A stretch of DNA of 62,859 nt, the filler included. It is 12 parts of 12 records of this genome, joined end to end, with 100 filler letters (N's around TTAATTAATTAA, not from the genome) between each part and the next. Parts side by side here need not be neighbours in the genome. Positions count along the whole stretch, not along the records: positions 1 to 3,226 come from SRR7504441_6217; positions 3,327 to 7,705 come from SRR7504441_6220; positions 7,806 to 17,604 come from SRR7504441_6223; 9 more parts are not named here. One strand, given 5' to 3'. Under the pieces are notes generated by a model. That model saw nothing but the letters and a program-made list of their open reading frames with translations. It was not told the origin of the DNA and did not search any database. How positions within the stretch are numbered: the stretch's first letter is position 1; every line of letters begins with the position of its first letter. The translations under genes were made by a program, and so were the position numbers. Shown here one piece after another: positions 1-10,091 of the stretch.

Positions 1-819
1 CAGCTGGCAATCACGGCAGTTAAAAAGCTCATTGCCTCTTCATCCTCGCATGTGCAGCTTAAGGCGGCACTGAAGAGCGCTGCAGCAATCAGGTCCCAGC
101 TTGCTAATGCTTATGAGGCTCTCCGGCATGCTAAGAAGGGCCATGAGCGCGCTGTGAAATCGTCTGTGCATAAGCATAGCAGAGAAGAAAAAATCCGGGT
201 AGAGAGCTGGGCTGTAGCTTCTAGGGAGAGGCAGAAGAAATTCACTCAGCTCAACACGGACTTGGAGCGAGAGAATTGGAAGGTGCAGTTAGGCAGCCTG
301 AGAACCAAGCACCTGCTGTTTCACGGTGAAAAAGCCGTCCAGACAGCTTCAGAAGATCTAGAGTCGATCAGACTGAAGCGTCTCCTCAGAGCTGTGGCCG
401 CAACCGATGCACGTAAGTCAAAAGAGACCGCTAAAATGGTGATTTTGCACAAGGAATTGCTTAAAGCGCAGGCCAAACTCGGTGACGCTACGAAGTTAGT
501 GGAGCAGTCTTCAGGGCCAGCAAGGGCAAAGGCGCAGCTGGCTCGATACATCTTGTCTCAAAAGACAAAGAGAGCCGCGCAAAGATTCAAACAGCAGAAG
601 CAGAGAGTTGTGGCTGCCAATGCTGCCAGGGCAAAATATCAAGTAGAGGACCTGGCGGACGGGACGAGCCCAGCTGCACAGTCACACGTAGCAGACCTCA
701 TCAGCCAAGCAAAGAAAAAGTTGGATCGAGCAAATCCACCAAGTACTAACGTCGAAGATTATGTTGCAAAAGTCAAGGCCAATATAGGGCGAAAGCGCAC
801 AGAAAGTTTATTAGACTAG
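1..819 (+). CDS. Basic coiled-coil protein, 3' fragment (open at contig start)
   Basis: Frame is open from base 1 to TAG at 817-819; Lys/Ala/Gln-rich helical composition; followed by AT-rich intergenic DNA. Confidence 0.65.
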   Translation, partial: QLAITAVKKLIASSSSHVQLKAALKSAAAIRSQLANAYEALRHAKKGHERAVKSSVHKHSREEKIRVESWAVASRERQKKFTQLNTDLERENWKVQLGSLRTKHLLFHGEKAVQTASEDLESIRLKRLLRAVAATDARKSKETAKMVILHKELLKAQAKLGDATKLVEQSSGPARAKAQLARYILSQKTKRAAQRFKQQKQRVVAANAARAKYQVEDLADGTSPAAQSHVADLISQAKKKLDRANPPSTNVEDYVAKVKANIGRKRTESLLD

Positions 820-1181
820 GGTCTCATACCAAAATAAAGTATAAAGTTGTTTAGTTCATTGTCCTCTACGATTTCGTCATCTACGGTGAGAGTCATCGGA
901 GAGTGAGATTCATCTGTTTTATTCGTTTTATTCGTACGTATTAAATCCAGCTCTAGATCCAGAGTCTATACACGCCTCAACAGGCAAACTTGCAATTATA
1001 CTGTAGTTACTGTACTGGTACATGTTTATAAAGTTATGAACTCGTTCGAACGCATCCATGTTGGTCCTCTTTTTTTTGCATTTTGTGTCTTCAAACTGCC
1101 TTTTGAAATGGATGAATTCGAGATGATAATTATGCCAGCAGGGGGTGCTCGGCGTTGAATGCCTCCGCATGATTGTATCGC

Positions 1182-3106
1182 TCAAGGTAGCGTTTGAATG
1201 TGCAAAGATTGATCGAAGACGCTACTTTGGCGGCGTGATCTGCACCTCCCAGGTTGTGTTCCCTCGACTCGGGCCCGCCACATGTTGACAGCGCGCCAGC
1301 GAGAACCATAGACAGCTAGCCTCAGTTCATACATCGCATCCCACAAACGGAGAAGCAGCGCGTTTCTCCGTTTCTCCAAAATGACCGCCACCGCGAAGAT
1401 CGCCGCAGTCAGGGCACTACAGCTGGCAACACTGCTTAGACACAGCGTCACACTTTTCAGCACCATGAAACCTCCGAGGAAGCCAAAGACAATTGTAGCT
1501 ACCGAGAGTGCCGCCTCCTTGATGATTATCACTTTAGATTGGTGTTCCTTGGCCAGCAAAAGGCTTGCTGCAGGCGATTTGATGTCGATGATGGTCACGG
1601 TTGCAGCGAAAAAGATATGAGCAGCAGCGCTGGCATACAAGTACTGAAGGAGCATGGTAAACAGAGCCAGAGCTTGAATCAAATTGGCAGCCGTCAGCGT
1701 ATGCGAGCGTTTCGTCGTGAGCATTATGACCAGGATCATGCCCAAAATAATGCCGCAGCCCTCGAAAATACCCGCAAACGTCATCGAGACACCAAGATAT
1801 TGTGTCCAGTAGAGAGGAAATGCTGCTTGGGCAGCAGCCGCCAGCGCATTGGTTGTCACGCAAGAGAGCAACGCCGCCCACATGAGAAGGGGACAATTCC
1901 AGAGACTAGAGGACACTGCTCCGGATTTCCCTCGGTCTGCATCATTTGAGGTGGCAGCATATGTTGCAGCATCCAGTGATAGACGGCGCAGAAGCTTGTT
2001 TGTTGCGGTGCCTGTAGCTTGGTGGCCTAAACCCATGGGCTCCACTGCATCGTCGGGAAGCGTGTCTATTGTGACGACCGGCGGCGGCTTCAAGGAGTTC
2101 CTTCGTGCGCTTGGCCGCGCCACACTGACAGGGTTGCATGGCAGCGTCGGCTCTAGTCCGACTTGATGTGCTGTAATACCGGCAAGAAGCAAAAGCCGCA
2201 CAGCCAAAAGCCCAGCCACAATACCAGCGATGGTTGCCCAGCCGCCACAGTTCAGGTACAACACCGGGCTGAGCACCATGATAATACATATCGCGCTGTA
2301 AGTGCAGAGCATGTTGTAAGTGCAGAGCTTCTCGGCCATGCGCGGTTTCGTCCGAGCCACTTGCTGAGCGTACACCCCTGAAAAGGAATTGCCGAACGTT
2401 GATCCGGTCCCAACCATCATTGACGCGATCACAGCAAGGCTGGTCGGAAACACTAGGTTGAGGGTCGCTGTGGAGATTCCAAAGATTAGAACAACGTAGT
2501 TCCATCGCTCCGCCTGCTCCTCGGGGAAGATTGACAACAGCGCAATCGGCACCAGCCGGGCCAGTTTGAGCAGCGCGTACATGGACGAGACGACCAGGCT
2601 TGAGTGGCCAAGCTCGAGCAGATAAACACCCAGCGGGGTTAGCACGATGTAGTTAGAAGCCGACTCGATGAACGCCAGCACCTTGAAGATTGTCGCCCAG
2701 CTCAGATCGTCGCCATCGTCCGCCTCGATCGGCTGCTCTTGAGGCTGCGCCTCCACATCTGCCCCAGGGCCGTCCTTCTTCGCGGCGTCAGCATAGCTGT
2801 TGCACAAGGGATTGACGATTATCCCGGGCGTGCTGATCTCCGTCGGCGGAGCGTCCCGCGTCTGACCCGATGGCACCGCGTGTCTGCATAACCCCCGTCG
2901 CGGGACCTCCCACCGACCCGGGTCGAGCTCGATGTCTCCCTGCCCGGGCTGGAGACTGGCCAACTGACAGCCGGGTCAGCCCACCTAAAGCCCAGCGGGC
3001 TCACCGCGGCGCCCATCGAGCCCAAGATCGGGGGATCGCCAGAGTCGGTTCCGAGAGACGCCAGGCCCCGTTCGTCCATAGCGCCAGGCCTCTTTGCCGA
3101 GCTCAT
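1182..3106 (-). CDS. MFS-like multi-pass membrane transporter
   Basis: About 12 hydrophobic segments in two halves separated by a hydrophilic loop. A 41-nt GT-AG intron (2964-3004) joins MSSAKRPG...MGAA to LASLQPG; start could also be 3079 or 3016. Confidence 0.7.
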
Positions 3107-3178
3107 CCCGCCCCCGTCGTCTCCAGCCGGTCCTTGGAATGGTTTCCGATGGGGCGTCCCCAACTGCTGCCGTTTGAT

Positions 3179-3185
3179 TCCGTTG
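3179..3185. promoter_or_regulatory. YAACGGA (TCCGTTG) Myb-like motif upstream of the MFS gene
   Basis: TCCGTTG about 70 nt upstream of the predicted ATG, with CAACTG at 3161; the same motif occurs in other promoters. Confidence 0.4.
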
Positions 3186-3226
3186 CTTCAACAACACGCA
3201 TAGCTGACGGCGAGCTCATCGAGCCT

Positions 3227-3326
3227 NNNNNNNNNNNNNNNNNNNNNNNNNNNNNNNNNNNNNNNNNNNNTTAATTAATTAANNNNNNNNNNNNNNNNNN
3301 NNNNNNNNNNNNNNNNNNNNNNNNNN
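3227..3326. other. Artificial contig spacer (first of 11)
   Basis: N-run + TTAATTAATTAA + N-run, 100 nt. Identical spacers at 7706-7805, 17605-17704, 20825-20924, 27252-27351, 32315-32414, 41601-41700, 44964-45063, 49940-50039, 54339-54438 and 58454-58553. Confidence 0.99.
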
Positions 3327-3334
3327 GTAGTGGA

Positions 3335-4062
3335 TTATAACAAGCGCCATTTGATCTTTGTTTTGATGTCTTCGGGTAGATGCTCCCAGAGCAGTTTGAT
3401 CTGCTTCGCCGGATTGGTCTTGGCCTGGATCTGTCTCGCCGGACTCACGACCCCAAGGCGGCAGCAGTCACCAGCTCGCCGGCCGCCGCAAGCGGTTCAG
3501 TTCCTCCCGCAGTAGCTTGCTCGAGGTCTTTCCACAGCAGCTTGAGCGCCTTAAAACGCCGTTGGATCTTCGCTTGCTCGGCTGGGAGTAGATTGTCCCA
3601 GTCTTGGAGGCCATTCTCCAAGACTGGCACAAAAATGTACGCACACAAAATGCGTATCCCGCCCCCAGGCTTCTTGCAGGCCTGGACGAAGTTGTCGACG
3701 AAGGTGTTGGCGGAGATGACCGCGTTGTCAACAGGGCCCTCCTCGGCGGTCTGGACCTGCCGCGAGCGCCGGGCCTCACGACTCGCCCAGAGCGCGCAGT
3801 CACCAGCTCGAGAGTGGGGATGAGAGCGTGACGTCCGACATCGAGACCTGCCCCGCCGGACTCACGACCCCGAGGCGCCAGCAGTCACCGCTCGGACCCT
3901 GCTTATCGATAAGCAGGTTGTCCTCCGGGACAACCTCGTCCACGTTGGCGATGGATTTGTCGTCGGCCAGGGCCAGGGCGGCGAGGAAGAAAGCAACTGC
4001 GCAGAGGGAGCGGGCCTGCCGGCATGCCGCCTGAGCACCACAAGCGCCAGCCAGCTCACCAT
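3335..4062 (-). CDS. Secreted 184-aa protein of unknown function, 4 introns
   Basis: Removing GT-AG introns 4016-4059, 3848-3888, 3757-3803 and 3431-3471 gives a clean 555-nt frame: MARSLCAVAFFLAALALA (signal peptide) DDKSIANVDEVVPED...IKLLWEHLPEDIKTKIKWRLL*. Confidence 0.8.
3431..3888 (-). repeat. Three related micro-introns (41, 47, 41 nt), introner-like
   Basis: 3431-3471 GTGACTGCTGCCGCCTTGGGGTCGTGAGTCCGGCGAGACAG and 3848-3888 GTGACTGCTGGCGCCTCGGGGTCGTGAGTCCGGCGGGGCAG are 37/41 identical; 3757-3803 shares GTGACTGC...GTCGTGAG..CCGGCG...CAG. Confidence 0.85.
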
Positions 4063-4167
4063 GTGTCGTAGAAGCTTGCGCCAAGGTCAGCCGTGCGTCG
4101 TGCAACCGAGTATCAGGATGACGGGCCTCACCGGTTCAGTTGCCGGTTCAGTCGAACACTCCATCTC

Positions 4168-6173
4168 ATGGGGAACAAACCGGCGAAGCAGCAGCCCGAG
4201 GAGGCGCCCGGCACCGGACTGGGGCGGATCTCGGGGCTCAAGAACCTGGACGTCGCCAAGGTGCTGGCCGAGGCCCCGGAGCCGCCCTCGGTGGCCGGCA
4301 AGCAGCTGGTGTTTACCGGCCGGCTCGGCCTGACTCGGGCCGAGGCCGCCCGGCTGGCCAAGGCCTGTGGGGCCACTGTGGGCGGATCGGTGACCAGCAA
4401 GACGGACGTGATGGTGGCTGGCGCCGACGTGGGCCAGGCCAAGACCCAGGCCGCCGAAGCCAAGGGGATCCCAGTCTGGGACGAAGCCACCTTCATGGTC
4501 GCCGTCCAGCCGGCCGGCCCTGCGCCGGCCGAGAAGCCAAAGCCTGCGCCAACCAAGAAGCCCAAGGCGGCATCAGCTAAAGCGCCCAGCGTGGCACCGG
4601 CCAAGAAGCCCAAGGCGCTGCCGGCCAAGAAGGGGAAACAGACCGCCGCGGAAGTGGGTGGGTCAAGCAAGCGGCCGAGTCCGCAGCCGGAGCCGGGCAA
4701 GGAGTTGAGCAAGCTGTCTGTGCCCAAGCTGCGGGCCGAACTCAAGAGGCTCGGGTCACAGAACATTTTCGGGTCCAAAGCCGAGCTGATAGCACGCATC
4801 CGCCAACTGACAGACGGCGAGGCAGCCGAGCAGTCGGAGTCGGAGTCGGAGTCGGAGGATGAGGTGGGTGCGCCGGGCGAGGCGGCTGCCCCGGCGAGCC
4901 TGGACGGTCTAGTGTTCTGCATCACTGGGCGGCTAGAACGGGTGCGCTCCAAGGTGATACAAGATATCGAGCAAGCCGGGGGTGAGTTCTCAGAGCGATG
5001 CACAAGGAAGGTCGACTACCTTGTGTGCAACAGACCCGGGTCCAAGAAGGCGCTGGCTGCCGCCAAGTACGGCACCAAGGTTGTGAACGAAGTCTGGCTC
5101 CAGAATTGGCTTGAAACAGCCCGGAGTGCAGGCGGCCAGCCAAAGCGCAAGCCGGCCAGCAGTCGGCGGGCGGCGCCCGGGGTGCTTCTGGCCCAGAAGT
5201 TCGAGCCAGACAAGCACGACTGCAGCGGCTGGTGGATGAGTGAGAAACTGGACGGGGTGAGGGCCTTCTGGAACGGAAAAGACTTGCTCTCTCGGGCCGG
5301 GAACAGGTTCGACGCTCCGAGCTGGTTCACAGATCAGCTCCCTGCCGATGGCTCCACCTTGGACGGGGAGCTCTTCACCGGCCGCGGCGAGTTCAACACC
5401 ACTGTGTCGATCGTGCGGAGCGAGAGCGATCCGCGCTGGAAGGACGTGGTCTACCTGGTGTGTTAGCCGCTGGCAGCGCTTAGTTGGGCGGATCAGGTGT
5501 TTGACGCGCCGTCGATGGGTGACCAGCCATTTGAGGATCGATTGGCCGCGCTGAGCGCCCGGTTCGGCTCGGCCGGGGCTGCGCAGGGTGGGCTGGCGCT
5601 GCCGCCCGGCTGAAGGCTGGCAGGAACGGCCAAGCTCTCGCGGTCAGGCTCTCTCAAACGGAGCTGTAGCGGCAGCCTGAAGGGCGCGCATGTGCGTGTG
5701 GTCGTACACGAGCTGGTGGCGGACAACGCTGCGATCGAAGCTGCGCTCGAGCAGATGGACGAAAAAGGAGGGGAAGGGCTGATGCTGCGGGAGCCTGGGA
5801 GCCGCTACAAGCGAGGCAGGCAGAGCTGTCTGCTCAAGGTGCCTGGCTCCGGGGCGGGACGAGTGAGCTGGCCGGGCAGGTGAAGAGTTTTGAAGACTTC
5901 GAGGCCGAGGTGATAGAGGTGCTGGGGGGCGACGGCAAGCACACTGGGCTTATGGGCGCGCTCAAGTGCCAGCTGCCACCGTGCAAGAAGCGCAAGACGT
6001 TCAAAGTAGGCACCGGATTCACCGACCATCAGCGGAGGAACCCGCCGGCTGTTGGCGATATCATAACCATCAAGTGCGCTGAGCTGACGAAGGGCGGGAT
6101 CCCGAGATTCCCGGTGTTTGTTGGGGTGCGGACCGACATGACCAAGGCTCAGTTCGTGAAGCTGGAGGAGTGA
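4168..6173 (+). CDS. ATP-dependent DNA ligase with N-terminal BRCT-SAP-BRCT domains, 3 introns
   Basis: BRCT (VFTGRLGLTRAEA..GATVGGSVTSKTD), SAP (LSKLSVPKLRAELKRLG..GSKAELIARI), second BRCT (FCITGRLERVRS), ligase motifs SEKLDGVRA, LDGEL, VFDAP, EGLMLR, LLKVK and OB fold (VGTGFTD...PRFPVF). Introns 5458-5496, 5588-5623, 5839-5879. Confidence 0.93.
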
Positions 6174-6428
6174 TCATGAGGGGAGGCTCCAAGTCACGAG
6201 CGGCTGTGCGCCAACCTCGATACGAGCTCAGTTTACTCGTAACACACGTTCTTAGTCAGAAGCGGAATCCACAATACAACTTAAATTAGTTGTATTGCCC
6301 GACTTTCTAATAAATGTACCCATGTGTAACTTTGCTGGTCAAAAACGGAACCTGTCTATTATAGGCTTGAGAACAACGTACAGTATGGCAAAATGACACG
6401 CTGTGGAGCTCGGTGAGCACTCCACTCG

Positions 6429-7705
6429 ATGGGAGATGCTACGACCTGGCGAGACAACACCAGCTTCGAGTGGAAGCCGATCTTACAGCAGAAAGAGGAC
6501 GTGAAGTCTGACGGGCTGGCAGCAGGACCGGGGTCCTGGGGCTGGCAGCATGGAGAACTCGGTGTGAAGGATGTGCTGACAGAGACGCCAGCGGTGCATC
6601 TCTGTGCGCGCAGTGTGCCGAATGATTTGACTAGGGCAGAGACGGAGTCGCTACTCGATGAAGTTTTTGCTCGTGAGGCTGAGCGGCTGCTGCCGGAGAG
6701 CCGCTTGTTCGGAAGGGAAGGTCGCTGTCCGCGGCCTGTCTTCCTGATCCATCCTGGATGCATGCCCCCGTGTGTTTACCACGTCCGGGCCCGTACGGGT
6801 ATGCGCGAGCAATCTGCTCAGCTGCTTGGCGAACAGACCCTGGGGGAGGTTCTATCGATGACAGGGTCCAGTGAGGCGTGTGTCAGGCACTTAGTAGACA
6901 GTGCACTTGAGCGCTTGGATTCACAGCATTCATTTGCTGAGGCCAAGTTTGACGATTATTTTGAGGTTTACGCCGAGGACACGGCACGCCGTCAGCTCGC
7001 GGATGTCACTGAGCAGACGCATATCTTAGGCGAGCAGACACCAGCTTTGATTCGTATAACGAGATGATGAAACTCGGTCAAATGTGCAATTTCACCCACG
7101 GAGTGATGCAATCGGAAGTGAGGCTGTTACGTGCAGTGCTCAATGGTAGGTTAGTGACCCATAAGCTCGACGACGGCCCGCATGTTCTTCACAGGATCCT
7201 TGCCCGTGAGTTCGAAAAAGAGGAGCACGCATTGCGCGACGCTAAGCTGCGCCGTGCTGCATACAAGCATGCAGCACGCGGGGAGGAGTGGCCGTCTAGG
7301 GCATTGCATCTCACTTATCTGGTCGGAGGGATGCTGATTATCGTCCTCGCAGCACTGGATGCACAGCTGCAGGGGAACTCATACTCACGGTCTACACTAG
7401 AGCAGGTCCTCAAATACACCCTCGCTATATTGCCCATCATCCTTTCGGCACTCCTTTCTCTGCGAAAGGACCTCAACCATGCTCCAAAGGCGGTTGCTTT
7501 CCAGTTCGGATATGCATTTATTGACTCCCAAATCTGGAGATATTGCACACGCACAGGGGTGTACTCAGACCTGAGTCTTGCGACGAATGACCAAGACACA
7601 CCAACTGCCCGCGCATCCCTCCTTGCCGACCAGCTTGTCGCCATCGCTGAGAAGGTTGTGCCGAACGATGCCTCACCGCCTCGATCGTCAGCTGTGCTGC
7701 CTCTG
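6429..7705 (+). CDS. Membrane protein with SLATT (DUF4231-like) 2TM domain, 3' truncated
   Basis: Two TM helices followed by LPIILSALLSL..DLN..PK...F..A.IDSQIWRYCTRTGVY, resembling SLATT C-terminal motifs. The two ORFs can be joined with three tentative introns. Confidence 0.55.
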
Positions 7706-7805
7706 NNNNNNNNNNNNNNNNNNNNNNNNNNNNNNNNNNNNNNNNNNNNTTAATTAATTAANNNNNNNNNNNNNNNNNNNNNNNNNNNNNNNNNNNNNNN
7801 NNNNN

Positions 7806-10004
7806 GCTACCAGGCAGAATGAGAACCCACCTTTGCAGGATCGAAGCGATACCCACGCATCACTCTGGTGGTTTCAGACGCGTGCACTCTCAGCGCGATG
7901 ACCCTACTCACTTCGGGCTGCCGCCGGAACCTGACCGACCTGATCAGCCCTAAGCGGGAGCGACCCGGTGCTCACTGCTCGAGTTCGCGCGGGTGCCGCA
8001 GGTCGGCCACAATAATCACAGCTGGAGGCTGGCTGGCTCCAACGAGGGGCTGGCGTGCCTTGCTCTGTGCAGTTGCCGGCTCACCAGCAAACCGACCCAA
8101 AGCTCGGCGCACCAGGAGGGTGGCGCAGATCCAATCAAGAGTTGGCCGGAAGAACTTGTAGAACTCAGTCAGGCTGGTGCGGTATCGTTCCTTGTAATCC
8201 CGGTCTGCCTTCTCCAGGGAGATCAGTCTTTCGAAATCCAAACCATATGCATCAGCAAAGACCTCTTTCACGGGATCTGCCAGCCTCATGATGCGACAGC
8301 CGCCTGCAGCACAGCGTTAGAGTGAGCATCAATACCGGCAATGCCGACATGCCTGTCCTGTGGCATAACCGAGAGACCATTGGAGCAATTCGGGCGCTCA
8401 CATAGTCCTTGCCTGCAAATCCAGGCAAGCGCTCACATGATATCGGGCGAGCGCTTCTTGCCTGTGCAGCGCTTGCCTGACACCATGAGCACGAGCTGCA
8501 ACCCAGCTCAGTCTGCCAGTTGGCAGCTCGGCCACCTGAGTTGGGCCGGCGGGAAGCTCTGGCATGCCACTGAGCTGCTCCCTCACTGAGACGGGCAGCG
8601 TGGATGGGTCCGGCAGCTCACCTGAGATCGTCTGATCAGATGCAAGCTGGTCTGGGCACCCTGAGATGGTCTGCAGGCCTCTGCTGGCTCCGGAGAGCTC
8701 TCTGTGGCCAGCTGGAATTCGGACGACAAACAGGCCCAAGCGGCCAGTCTGGGCAGCCGGTTTGTCGGCCGGATGCTGATCTCTGCGCTCCGGGCGATCT
8801 TGTCCAGCCACTCTACTGCCTCCACTGGGTGCGGCCCATGCGCGGTCGCATCCAGCAGCATCAGCCCAGTGCACCCATCCAGCAAAGCGTTGGATACTCC
8901 ATTCACATCAGCCCGACTGGGCACCGCCTCACCGATCATGCTGGCCATCAGCTCGCCGGCACAGATGCACAGCTTGCCGCTGGCCGCGCACTTGCCGGCC
9001 AGCAGCTTCTGAGCCAGAGGCACTTGCTCGAGTCCGAGCTCTGCCCCCAGCCCGCCTCGCCCGATGATCAGCCCGTCGGCCACCGCCAGGATCGCATCTG
9101 CATTGGCCAATCCGGTCCGGCTCTCGATCTTCGGGATGAGCCGGGGCCTGTCGGTCGCGGGCAGCGCCTCGAGCCGGGCGACCAGTGGCGCGAGCTGGCT
9201 GGCTGTCTGGGCTGGCAGCGCAATCCAGTGCACCCGGTGCTCCACGAACAGCTCGAGGTCGTCCCAGTCCTTTGGCGTGAGCGTGCCCAGCCCGAGATCC
9301 AGCCCGGGCACGGTCAGCCGCTCGGCCGATCCGATCAGCCCAGACTGCTCCGCCCTGCACAGCACGGCCTGCTCGCTCAGCCGCTGCCGCACAGTGAGCC
9401 GGAGCGCCCCGTCCTGCAGCAGCACTGCCGCCCCGGGATCCAGCGCCCGGACCAGCTCCCGGTGCTCCGGGCTGTCGGCCAGAGTTAGCCGGCCCGGGCC
9501 GCTCAGGTCGCGTGGGTGGCCCATGATCGCCAGCCCCACCGACTGCCCGGCCTGCACCGGATGCCCGGCCGGGTCGCACGCCTGTCCGGTCCGGATCTGG
9601 GAGCCCATCAGCTCGCCCATCAGCTCGACCGGCCGCCCGATGCTCTTGGCCAGCCGCCCGATCCGCGGCAGCGCTTCCTCGAACTCGCCCGGCCGCCGGT
9701 GGGCCGCGTTGAATCGGATCACGTCGAGCCCAGCCAGCAGGCACTGGTGCATCAGCTCCGACCGCCAGCTCAGCCCGCCGATCGAACCGATCAGTCGGAC
9801 GTCCCGTCTCCCCACGGTGCGGCCGCGGCGCGGCGCGGCTGCCAAGGCCGACGCGCTGCTGTTGAGTGCCGCGGCGGCCTCGGCCACCACCTCCGCGTCC
9901 ACCGGAGTGGCATCGTACTCGGGCTCCGGCCGGGCCGCACCTGAGCCCGGCCGCCGCGGGAGCGACCGGCGCACCAGCGAGTCATCGTGGTACCCTGCTC
10001 CCAT
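7806..10004 (-). CDS. Pyruvate-kinase-like barrel fused to animal-type phosphomevalonate kinase, 3' truncated
   Basis: PK motifs RFNAAH, GSQIRTG, KIES, GRGGLG, PSRAD, NALLDG. Introns 8575-8621, 8496-8535, 8413-8461 (GC-AG) and 8304-8352 (GC-AG) lead in frame to LVLMVSGKRCTGKDYVS...RLADPVKEVFADAYGLDFERLI...YKERYR...VADLR...ALRVHASETTRVMRGY, matching human PMVK motifs. Confidence 0.85.
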
Positions 10005-10091
10005 TCTTCGTCACCCGAGATCCGTAGGGCCGCGGCCGAGTAACGAAGTCGGTTGATCGAACGCGAACCCACCGCACGCTCGTCTCTCCAC

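Noticed and set aside
3227-3326. TTAATTAATTAA repeated 11 times inside N-runs
   Set aside because: Artificial six-frame-stop linker between contigs; ORFs running into it and gene adjacency across it are not biological.
3431-3888. CRISPR-like or tandem repeat array
   Set aside because: Only three irregularly spaced copies, each bounded by GT...AG, and their removal restores a reading frame.
5458-5883. Pseudogene, programmed frameshifts or stop-codon reassignment in the ligase and other broken genes
   Set aside because: Each break examined is resolved by a short GT/GC-AG intron, and TAA, TAG and TGA all terminate genes in this window.
7064-7067. ATGA stop/start overlap suggesting prokaryotic translational coupling
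   Set aside because: The second frame is open upstream of the ATG and the two ORFs can be joined by introns; the context is eukaryotic.
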